DNA of 45,065 nucleotides from Minisyncoccota bacterium (GTDB taxonomy: Bacteria; Patescibacteriota; Minisyncoccia; UBA11713; 2-01-FULL-45-33). The DNA lies in NCBI GenBank assembly GCA_036517275.1, contig DATDXD010000009.1, forward strand, positions 1 to 45,065, in the 5' to 3' direction. Positions within the stretch are counted from its first letter, which is position 1, and every line of letters begins with the position of its first letter. Shown here piece after piece: positions 26,358 through 33,922 of the stretch. The notes beneath the pieces are model-generated. The model did no database searches and was not told the DNA's origin. It worked only from the letters and a program-made list of their open reading frames with translations. The position numbers and the translations under genes were made by a program.

Positions 26358-27467
26358 TTACTTCTTCTGTCTTCGCAAGAATGCGGGAATTGAGTCTAGT
26401 TCCGATTGTTCGGATTCTGTTTCTTCGTTTGTGTCTTTTTGTTCTTGAGACAAACTTTTCTGCTCTTTCCTCAAATCTGTCCCAAAAAGCGAACGGGCTT
26501 TGAAATTATGTCCATTAGGAAATCCTGTGGCAATCACAGTTATTTTTATTTCTCCTTTTTTAAGAGAACCGTCTTCAATTGCTCCAAAAATAATTTTAGC
26601 GTCAGGATCAATTGAGGCTGTTATAACTTTAGCAGCCTGTTGAATTTCCCACATTGTAAGATCTTTGCCTCCTGAAATCGCAAACAAAACTCCTTTTGCT
26701 CCGTTTATTGAAACATCCAAAAGTGGAGAATTTATGGCAGATTTTGCCGCGTCTTCCGCTCTAAATTCTCCTCTACCATAACCTATACCCATGAGCGCGG
26801 AACCCGCACTTTGCATAACAGCGCGAACATCGGCAAAGTCCACGTTAATTATTCCCGGCTTTGTAATAAGTTCGGAAATTCCGCGAACCGCGTTTTTTAA
26901 AACCTCGTCACACATCGCAAATGCCGAAAGAAACGGAGTTTCTTTTGATACTATAGTCAAAAGTTTATCGTTTGGAATTACAATCAACGCATCTACAGCA
27001 TCACGCAAACGCAAAAGTCCGGCTTCGGCAAGTCGGGAACGCTCGTTGCCTTCAAAAGCAAAAGGTTTTGTTACAACACCAATTGTCAGCGCTCCGCCCA
27101 TTTTCGCGGTATGCGCCACCACCGAAGAAGCTCCGGTACCTGTGCCTCCCCCAAGCCCGCAAGTTATAAAAACCATATCAGAACCCTTGAGAGCTTCTTG
27201 AATTTCATCTTTTGTTTCTTCTGCCGCCTGCCGACCAAGTTCTGGATTCATTCCGGTGCCAAGTCCACGAGTAAGTCCCTTACCAATTCTTATTTTTCTA
27301 TGCGCCAAACTTGCGTGCAAGTCTTGCGCGTCGGTATTTATCGCGATAAATTCAACACCGCGGACTTTTGATTCCACCATATGATTTACGGCATTTTTTC
27401 CAGATCCGCCCACTCCTACAACCTTAATTTTGGCGAATGATTCAATTTCTGGTTTTACGTGTGGCAT
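26358..27467 (-). CDS. ftsZ: Cell division protein FtsZ
   Basis: 369 aa with the tubulin signature GLGGGTGTGAS, the N-terminal VGVGGSGKNAVNHM, and a conserved C-terminal peptide DSIPAFLRR. Confidence 0.97.
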   Translation of the reverse strand: MPHVKPEIESFAKIKVVGVGGSGKNAVNHMVESKVRGVEFIAINTDAQDLHASLAHRKIRIGKGLTRGLGTGMNPELGRQAAEETKDEIQEALKGSDMVFITCGLGGGTGTGASSVVAHTAKMGGALTIGVVTKPFAFEGNERSRLAEAGLLRLRDAVDALIVIPNDKLLTIVSKETPFLSAFAMCDEVLKNAVRGISELITKPGIINVDFADVRAVMQSAGSALMGIGYGRGEFRAEDAAKSAINSPLLDVSINGAKGVLFAISGGKDLTMWEIQQAAKVITASIDPDAKIIFGAIEDGSLKKGEIKITVIATGFPNGHNFKARSLFGTDLRKEQKSLSQEQKDTNEETESEQSELDSIPAFLRRQKK

Positions 27468-27522
27468 GCAATAAATCTCGCATAACGGACAAAGACACGC
27501 AATATTGACAAAAAATAAAAAA

Positions 27523-28707
27523 CTACGGCAAAAAGGTACGAAGCCAGCGAAGGAAAGATCCTGAACGTCCGCGCATAAATTGATTTTTTGAATTTTCTAA
27601 ACCATAAAGAGCTATACCAACTGCGGTAGACCATGCCGGATTTTTTACAAGCTCCTTTCTTTCATCAATGTGTATTGGAAATCCTACTTTTGCCGGAAGT
27701 TTTAGATAATTTTTTACTAACTCCTCTACGCCCGGGAAATTTGCTCCTCCGCCAACTATCACAACACCGGCGGGCAAAAGCCCAAATCTATCAACTTTTT
27801 TTAGATGCTTTTCAACAAGTTCAAAAATATCGTCAAATCTAGCTTCTATTATATCTGAAAGTTTTTTTGAGGAATATTTTCCTTGCGTCATTTCATCTTT
27901 TTTTAATGATTTATTATACGGCTTAAAATCAAGTTTTAATTTTTCCGCCTCGTCCAAATCTATTTGAAAACCAACCGCTATATCTTGCGTGATGTGTGAG
28001 GAACCAACAGGTAAAACTTCAAGAGAATAAGGCAAACCATCTTCAAAAATCGAAACAGATGAGGTTGTGGCACCCAAGTCCAAAACAACCACACCAACCT
28101 CCATTTCCCTTTTGTCCAATACCGACTTTGATAAAACAAATGGACTTGCGACCATTTCTTCTACTTCTGTTTCAGATTCTTCAAATGTCTTGATGGCAGA
28201 CTTTAAAGACAGGGATTGAGCAGTAATAAACATTGTTTCAACTTCCAGTTTGCTTCCAGAAAGTCCAAGTGGATCTTGAATTGGCTCTTCACTATCAACT
28301 TTATACAAAAGCGGGACCCTGTGAAGAATCTCTTTATTCTGCAGTCTAGAAAGTCCCCCCTCGCTCGCTGAAACAGCTCTTTTCATGTCCTCATTAGAAA
28401 CTTCACCATCCGCGCGGGATATGACCACAAGTCCTTTTGACTTTTGGAACGATATCCCCAAACCACCAACACCTGCGTATATATTTTCTTTTGGAACACC
28501 GGAAGATTTAGACAAAGAAATCAGCGCCTCACTTATGGATAACGCCGCTTCTTCAACATCCACAATTGAACCTCTTTTGAAACCACGTGAAATAGAACCG
28601 CCAATTCCCAAAACCTTTGGAGCAGAAGATTCGTTTGATTCCAAAGCCACGGCTTTTATAGATTCCGTACCCAAATCAATGCCTATTGCAAAAGTGGATT
28701 TTTTCAT
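27523..28707 (-). CDS. ftsA: Cell division protein FtsA
   Basis: Actin-like ATPase motifs AIGIDLGTESIKAV, VVLDLGATTSSVSIF, VIVGGGANFPG. The start is set at Met33 of the track ORF because the longer N-terminus would overlap ybeY. The start remains uncertain. Confidence 0.9.
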   Translation of the reverse strand: MKKSTFAIGIDLGTESIKAVALESNESSAPKVLGIGGSISRGFKRGSIVDVEEAALSISEALISLSKSSGVPKENIYAGVGGLGISFQKSKGLVVISRADGEVSNEDMKRAVSASEGGLSRLQNKEILHRVPLLYKVDSEEPIQDPLGLSGSKLEVETMFITAQSLSLKSAIKTFEESETEVEEMVASPFVLSKSVLDKREMEVGVVVLDLGATTSSVSIFEDGLPYSLEVLPVGSSHITQDIAVGFQIDLDEAEKLKLDFKPYNKSLKKDEMTQGKYSSKKLSDIIEARFDDIFELVEKHLKKVDRFGLLPAGVVIVGGGANFPGVEELVKNYLKLPAKVGFPIHIDERKELVKNPAWSTAVGIALYGLENSKNQFMRGRSGSFLRWLRTFLP

Positions 28708-28718
28708 AGGAGATGGTT

Positions 28719-29063
28719 TTATTGTACCATCTCTTTTTCTTTTTGTTCCATTATTTTTGCGTTTTTTTGGGTTTTGTGTGAATAACCCAAAAGATGCAAA
28801 CAAGCATGCGTAAAAAGATAAGACAATTTTTTCTCATCTATGTTCAAAAATATCTCCCCTCGCCTTTTATCCAGCAAAAAAGACAAAACATTGGCTACCT
28901 TGTTTTTGTTCCTGTATTTTTTATTTAAATTTTTCATGAACGTAGTGTCCGCAAATACCACGCTCAAATCCCAACCCAGCAATAACTTTTTATAGATACG
29001 CTCAAAATCCGCGGTTTTTATCTGTTTTTTTGTAAGATTAGTGAAAGATATTTTGTCACTCAT
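28719..29063 (-). CDS. ybeY: Endoribonuclease YbeY (rRNA maturation factor)
   Basis: 114 aa with the zinc motif HACLHLLGYSH (HxxxHxxxxxH) and the upstream NVLSF. Confidence 0.85.
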   Translation of the reverse strand: MSDKISFTNLTKKQIKTADFERIYKKLLLGWDLSVVFADTTFMKNLNKKYRNKNKVANVLSFLLDKRRGEIFLNIDEKKLSYLFTHACLHLLGYSHKTQKNAKIMEQKEKEMVQ

Positions 29064-29518
29064 TATTTCACAAGTTCCTTTTTCACGGCTTCGGAAATAC
29101 GATCGCCGGAGGCTTTACCTTTGAGTGTTGGCATAATTGATTTCATAACTTTGGGAAAATCCGCGGCGCTTGCGGCTCCAGTTTCCCTTATTCCGTCCCG
29201 AACAATTCTCATCAAATCATCGTCTCCAATTTCTGGAGGCAAATATTTTTTTAAAATATTTAGTTCAAACTCTTCTTTTTTCGCGGATTCTTCACGTCCA
29301 GCTTTTTTGTATTCAACAACCGCGTCTTTTCTTTTTTTAACTTCGGAATTTATAACATCCAAAACCTCGCTGTCCGAAAGTCCTAGATCTTTTTTTCTCA
29401 AATCAATTTCTTTGTTGGCAATGGCGGAACTAAGCATGCGCAAAGTTGAAAGCTCATCTTTACGCCCGTCTTTGAGGGCAAGTTTTTGGTCTTCGGATAT
29501 TTTTTGTTTTAAAGTCAT
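29063..29518 (-). CDS. yqeY: GatB/YqeY domain protein
   Basis: 151 aa. The N-terminal LKQKISEDQKLALKDGRKDELSTLRMLSSAI and the overall pattern match the YqeY family. It sits downstream of rpsU, as in many bacteria. Confidence 0.8.
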   Translation of the reverse strand: MTLKQKISEDQKLALKDGRKDELSTLRMLSSAIANKEIDLRKKDLGLSDSEVLDVINSEVKKRKDAVVEYKKAGREESAKKEEFELNILKKYLPPEIGDDDLMRIVRDGIRETGAASAADFPKVMKSIMPTLKGKASGDRISEAVKKELVK

Positions 29519-29736
29519 TTACTCAAAATCTTTCCTAATTTTCTTTGTTTATCCAATTCTTTAAATAATTTTATCCTCCGCAAGGCGTCTCTCTTTTTTT
29601 GAAATTCAGACTTTGGTGGCTCGTAATATCTTCGCCCCCGAGCGCGCGTTAAAACAGTACTTAATTTTACGGCGCGCGAAAAACGCCTCAAAAGGCTTCC
29701 GGTGGATTCGTTTTCTTTTTTAGTTATTTTTACCAT
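29515..29736 (-). CDS. rpsU: 30S ribosomal protein S21
   Basis: 73 aa, highly basic. LLRRFSRAVKLSTVLTRARGRRYYEPPKSEFQKKR fits the S21 consensus. Confidence 0.85.
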   Translation of the reverse strand: MVKITKKENESTGSLLRRFSRAVKLSTVLTRARGRRYYEPPKSEFQKKRDALRRIKLFKELDKQRKLGKILSK

Positions 29737-29738
29737 AA

Positions 29739-30062
29739 TTATTTAGTCCATCCTCCAAGAATATGAAGATGTATATGATCAATTATCTGTCCGCCATCCC
29801 GCCCTACGTTAAACACTAATTTGTATCCGGAAAGATTTAACTTTTCCGCGGCTTCCTTTGCCATTAGCACAATGTGCCCAATCAACGCTTCGTCTTCATG
29901 CGATATATCTTTTACAGACAAAATGTGTTTTTTGGGAACCACCAAGTAATGAACAGGAGCTGAAGGATGAATGTCCTTGAATATAACAGCTTTGTCAGAT
30001 TCTTGCAATATATCCGCCGAAACCTCCTTTTTGGCTATTTTGCAAAAAACACAATCTATCAT
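29739..30062 (-). CDS. HIT-family (histidine triad) protein
   Basis: 107 aa with CVFCKI at the N-terminus and the histidine triad HIHLHILGG. Confidence 0.9.
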   Translation of the reverse strand: MIDCVFCKIAKKEVSADILQESDKAVIFKDIHPSAPVHYLVVPKKHILSVKDISHEDEALIGHIVLMAKEAAEKLNLSGYKLVFNVGRDGGQIIDHIHLHILGGWTK

Positions 30063-31357
30063 TTTTTATATTTTCCCTTTTTTAAAATATTTTTGATTTT
30101 TTCTACCAGTTTGTCTTGGGTCACCATATCTTGAGTCTCGTTTAGCATATCTTTTACAATCACCGTTCCATCCATCGCTTCTTTTTGACCAATAATCAAA
30201 GCAATTTTTGACTCTAGTTTAGATGCAATTTTAAGTTGGGCTCTGAAATTATCTTTAGAAAGAGATTCGGAAACAGATATACCCGCGTTTCTTAATTCTT
30301 CAACCAAAACAAAACTTCTTTTTTTGGCGGCTGAACCTATTTGAATCAAAAACACATCTTGGGACTTTTCTTTGCGAGAAGTAATTCCTATTCTTTTTGC
30401 CTCGTGAATAATTCTTTCAATGCCCAAAGCACAACCAGCCGCAGGAAGTGCTTTCCCGCCCAACAAAACCATTAAATCGTCGTATCTTCCCCCACCACAA
30501 AGAGCCGATTTTTCATCCGCGAGAGAAAATGCTTCAAAAACAGTTCTGCTGTAATAATCAAAACCTCTTACCAAATAATTATCTAGCGTATATGGAATTT
30601 TACTTTCATCCAAAAATTCCAAAACAAGTTTAAAATGTTCTTTGCAAGCTTCGCACAAATGATCAATCATTTGCGGCGCGGTTGATTTTATTTCCACGCA
30701 AGATTCTTCCTTGCAATCCAAAAGGCGAAACGGATTTTCTTTGTGTCTTCTTTTGCAATCCTTGCAAAGGTAGTTAAATTTCTTTTTAAAAAAGTTCAAA
30801 AGTTCTTTTTTGTAATTCGGTCTGCAATTTTTATCGCCAATGCTGTTTATGTGTATAACAACATCCTTGAAACCGAGTTCTGACAAAATAACAAAAGAAA
30901 TTTTAATAATTGTTGCGTCAACTATTGGGTCATTTTCACCCAAAACCTCCATTCCAAATTGGCGAAACTCCCGAAGCCTTCCTTTTTGTGGATTTTCGTG
31001 CCGAAAAAAAGAACCGTAATAATAAAGCTTAACTGGGTGAGGCCACGAAACCATTCCGTTTTCCGCGTACGATCGCATTATGGGCGCCGTACCTTCCGGA
31101 CGCAAAGTTAGAGAATCTCCCCCTTTTGTGCGAAATGTGTACATTTCTTTTTCCACCACATCGCTTGTCTCACCCAGTGGACGCACAAAAAGTTCGGTGT
31201 ACTCAAGATGTAGAGTCGTAATCGGCATAAAACTGTAAAATTCCGCGATTTCTTTGGATTTTTCTATAATTTTTTCGTAAATTTTAAAATCCTCGGGCAA
31301 CATATCGTGCATGCCTTTGGGTGTTTTTATTATTTCTTTTTTTGGATTTTTGGACAT
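30059..31357 (-). CDS. hisS: Histidine--tRNA ligase
   Basis: 432 aa with class II motifs: GMHDMLPED, LRPEGTAP, FRHENPQKGRLREFRQFG, GGGRYD. It carries the usual Cys-containing insertion and a C-terminal anticodon-binding domain. Confidence 0.95.
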   Translation of the reverse strand: MSKNPKKEIIKTPKGMHDMLPEDFKIYEKIIEKSKEIAEFYSFMPITTLHLEYTELFVRPLGETSDVVEKEMYTFRTKGGDSLTLRPEGTAPIMRSYAENGMVSWPHPVKLYYYGSFFRHENPQKGRLREFRQFGMEVLGENDPIVDATIIKISFVILSELGFKDVVIHINSIGDKNCRPNYKKELLNFFKKKFNYLCKDCKRRHKENPFRLLDCKEESCVEIKSTAPQMIDHLCEACKEHFKLVLEFLDESKIPYTLDNYLVRGFDYYSRTVFEAFSLADEKSALCGGGRYDDLMVLLGGKALPAAGCALGIERIIHEAKRIGITSRKEKSQDVFLIQIGSAAKKRSFVLVEELRNAGISVSESLSKDNFRAQLKIASKLESKIALIIGQKEAMDGTVIVKDMLNETQDMVTQDKLVEKIKNILKKGKYKK

Positions 31358-31382
31358 AAAAATTAGTAATTAATATGAATAC

Positions 31383-31928
31383 TTATTCGTTGATAATTAG
31401 AATATCTAAATTTGACAACGGCCAGAGACGCAAAAAAGCTCTGCCAGTAATGCTTTCTTTTTTGAGTGTGCCCCACAATCTGGAATCCGAGCTTCTGTCT
31501 CTGTTGTCGCCCAAAACAAAATACTCATTTTCGCCAAGACTAAAAGAAGAATCGGGATTAGTTTTTAGCCCTTCCGGTAAATATTTTTCATCCAAAATAA
31601 CTCTTTCGTTTCCGCCACCTAAAATTATTTTTCCGTTTTCAATCAAAACTTTTTCACCAGGCAAACCAACTATTCTTTTTATGAAAAAAATTCTCTGCCC
31701 TGTTGGTGGATGAAAAACTATCACATCTCCCCTTTGTGGTTCTTTGAATCTATATGAAATTTCATCAACTATCAAATATTCTCCGTCGCTGAAATTGGGT
31801 TCCATAGAATCCCCTTCCACAATAAACGGTTGCGCCACATAAGCGCGTATCGGAAAAACAATTGCCAGAGATATAACAAGGATTTTAACAAATTCAAAAA
31901 GGCTATTTTTCTTTTGTTCGGCTTCCAT
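31383..31928 (-). CDS. lepB: Signal peptidase I (S26), canonical paralog
   Basis: 181 aa with an N-terminal TM segment and motifs GDSMEPNF, IKRIVGLPGEKV, VLGDNRDRSSDSRLWG. Confidence 0.9.
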   Translation of the reverse strand: MEAEQKKNSLFEFVKILVISLAIVFPIRAYVAQPFIVEGDSMEPNFSDGEYLIVDEISYRFKEPQRGDVIVFHPPTGQRIFFIKRIVGLPGEKVLIENGKIILGGGNERVILDEKYLPEGLKTNPDSSFSLGENEYFVLGDNRDRSSDSRLWGTLKKESITGRAFLRLWPLSNLDILIINE

Positions 31929-31946
31929 ATTAGATATTATAATACG

Positions 31947-32243
31947 CTAATTTTGCTTTCTTGCCAATCGTTTATAGATTTTATCTCTCCTATCTGCTGT
32001 CAAAAGCTGAATAGTGTGATTGGATAAAAATTTAAATCCAACCCTATAATCTCTTACAATACGAAAAGAAAATAACCCCTGAAGCGGAGGACTTAATGGT
32101 TTTGTATGTAAAAGTGGATCAAAAGCGTCATTTTGCAGAACTTCAAGTAAATCCGCGAGCTTATTTTGACATTCTATGGGAAGTTTACGCGTGTCTTTTA
32201 TAAAATCGTTATCATAAACGATTTTACTTTTTGGATCGGACAT
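31947..32243 (-). CDS. RelE/ParE-superfamily type II toxin
   Basis: 98 aa. The C-terminal GLFSFRIVRDYRVGFKFLSNHTIQLLTADRRDKIYK resembles the RelE/ParE/YafQ consensus (...yRi..dyRiiy.....i.ll.vg.R.diY). It overlaps the small upstream ORF by 20 nt. Confidence 0.6.
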   Translation of the reverse strand: MSDPKSKIVYDNDFIKDTRKLPIECQNKLADLLEVLQNDAFDPLLHTKPLSPPLQGLFSFRIVRDYRVGFKFLSNHTIQLLTADRRDKIYKRLARKQN

Positions 32244-32445
32244 GACTTAAAAATGATTCTTTTCCAGAAAAACGGTAAAATGGTCCATTAATCAAAGACC
32301 GAAGAAGCATCTTTTTTACAAAAGATTCTTTATATTCACCTTCAGAGTCCTTTAATGGAGCAAAAAGAAACTCTTTCATTTGATGGAGATCCCATTTCAA
32401 ATCTGCAACATCCTTATTGAGTTTTTCTATTGTAGCTAAAGACAT
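32224..32445 (-). CDS. Putative cognate antitoxin
   Basis: About 73 aa starting at MSLATIEKL. It lies upstream of and overlaps the toxin gene (canonical antitoxin-toxin order). No fold recognised. Putative promoter: TTGCTC, 17 nt, TATATT, then 9 nt to the ATG. Confidence 0.45.
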   Translation of the reverse strand: MSLATIEKLNKDVADLKWDLHQMKEFLFAPLKDSEGEYKESFVKKMLLRSLINGPFYRFSGKESFLSHVRSKK

Positions 32446-32527
32446 AACAATCTCAATATAACAAACAATCAAAATTTGAGCAAATATCCGTATTTAAAAA
32501 ATATCGCAATAAGATATAATTAAAATT

Positions 32528-33055
32528 ATGAAAGGTTTTGCACTGAAATTTTTAGATATCATGATTGGTATTATACTTGGACTAGGATTTCAATGGTGGC
32601 CAAACTTGGTGGAATCATGGCAATATATAGCATTTATTTTTGTATATCTAGATATCATAGACTATTGGATCGACTTTTTGCCGGCATTGCACAAATTTCC
32701 ACCAATAGCGGAAATTGATTGGTTCTTGGAAATGGGAATTATGTTTTTTCTATTTTTATTTATTTACACAACCCAAACCACAATTTCTTATTTTCTCTGG
32801 TCTTTTATCGGTTTTAGAATAATAGATACTTTATGGTTGTGGCGTGCCAAAACAGAATACAAACCAACACACACTGAATCACTTTACGTTAATACTTGGA
32901 TAAAATTTAACATAATAGAAATATTAGCCTCTTTAATCCTTGTGCTATACAAATTTCCTTTTCCATCGCTTACGGTTTTGGGAATTTTTATCGCGTTTCG
33001 TTTAACAACAAGAGTACTCGCCAGCTTAAAATATAAAAGAGTACATTTCACATAG
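32528..33055 (+). CDS. Hypothetical polytopic membrane protein
   Basis: 175 aa, Trp/Phe-rich, about 5 TM segments. TATAAT (32515-32520) lies 7 nt upstream of the ATG with no SD. Confidence 0.5.
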   Translation: MKGFALKFLDIMIGIILGLGFQWWPNLVESWQYIAFIFVYLDIIDYWIDFLPALHKFPPIAEIDWFLEMGIMFFLFLFIYTTQTTISYFLWSFIGFRIIDTLWLWRAKTEYKPTHTESLYVNTWIKFNIIEILASLILVLYKFPFPSLTVLGIFIAFRLTTRVLASLKYKRVHFT

Positions 33056-33061
33056 TCAATT

Positions 33062-33613
33062 ATGAAAACAATTATTGGTCTCGGGAATCCGGGGAAAGAA
33101 TATGAAAACACAAGGCATAATGCCGGACGAATGGCGGTGGGATTTTTAGCGCAAAAAAATGATTTGCCTGAGTTTGTATTTGATAAAAAATCTAATTCTT
33201 TAATTTCAAAAAATAAAAAGGTTTTACTCGCGCTTCCGGAAACGTTTATGAATAAATCTGGATTTTCGGCGGGAAAATTATACAAAACAAAAAAGGAAAA
33301 CAAAGATCTTGTGGTAATTCATGATGATTTGGACTTGCCTTTGGGAAAAATCAAAATCTCCTACGGCAAAAATTCTGGCGGACACAAAGGGGTGGAATCC
33401 ATAATGCGCGCGCTTAAAACCAAAAACTTTTACAGAATCCGCATCGGCGTAATTTCCAGCAAAAACAAACCGGCGGACATACTCAAATTCATAATTGGTA
33501 AATTTAAACCGGTGGAAGAAAAGGAATTTAAAAAAGTTCTCAAAAAAACCACCGAAGCCCTTGAAGTTTTCGTCAACGACTCCCCCGAACGCGCAATGAG
33601 CGAGTTTAATTAA
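33062..33613 (+). CDS. pth: Peptidyl-tRNA hydrolase
   Basis: 183 aa with motifs IIGLGNPGKEYENTRHNAG, HDDLDLPLGKIK, GGHKG. Confidence 0.95.
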   Translation: MKTIIGLGNPGKEYENTRHNAGRMAVGFLAQKNDLPEFVFDKKSNSLISKNKKVLLALPETFMNKSGFSAGKLYKTKKENKDLVVIHDDLDLPLGKIKISYGKNSGGHKGVESIMRALKTKNFYRIRIGVISSKNKPADILKFIIGKFKPVEEKEFKKVLKKTTEALEVFVNDSPERAMSEFN

Positions 33614-33618
33614 ACAAT

Positions 33619-33646
33619 CGCCCCGACCACGGTCGGGGCGTTTTTG
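33619..33646. terminator. Intrinsic terminator after pth (shared with the convergent small ORF)
   Basis: CGCCCCGAC-CACG-GTCGGGGCG followed by TTTTTGATTTT. Confidence 0.8.
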
Positions 33647-33652
33647 ATTTTA

Positions 33653-33922
33653 TTATTCATTTTCTAATTCTACGAATTCTTCGATAATCAAAGTGTTGTT
33701 TGTTGATACCAATAAAAATACTTTCCCGCCATCTTTTTTTGTTATTGTGGCAGATCTGGAAGAGATTTGGTACTCAATGTCTAAAATTTGTGCTGATTGA
33801 ACATCTTCCCACTTCCTTAGGACATGTCCGATTTCAGATTCACAAAGCACAACATTTACTCTTTTCATAAACACCTTAAAATAATCTACGGGCAGATTAG
33901 CAAACATTGAAAACAAAATCAA
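33653..33922 (-). CDS. Hypothetical small protein
   Basis: 89-aa track ORF. The true start may be the internal Met at 33868 (MKRVNVVL...), which is preceded by AAGGTG. No domain recognised. Confidence 0.35.
   Translation of the reverse strand: MILFSMFANLPVDYFKVFMKRVNVVLCESEIGHVLRKWEDVQSAQILDIEYQISSRSATITKKDGGKVFLLVSTNNTLIIEEFVELENE

Noticed and set aside
31375-31713. 112-aa plus-strand ORF between hisS and lepB.
   Set aside because: It is entirely antisense to the canonical signal peptidase gene, which has all catalytic boxes, so it is a shadow ORF.
18064-33640. Near-identical GC hairpins CCCCGAC-N4-GTCGGGG in rnpB (18064-18083) and in the pth terminator (33619-33640), considered as a dispersed repeat element.
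   Set aside because: Only the 7-bp stem is shared, the flanks differ, and each has an obvious local role (an RNase P helix and an intrinsic terminator).
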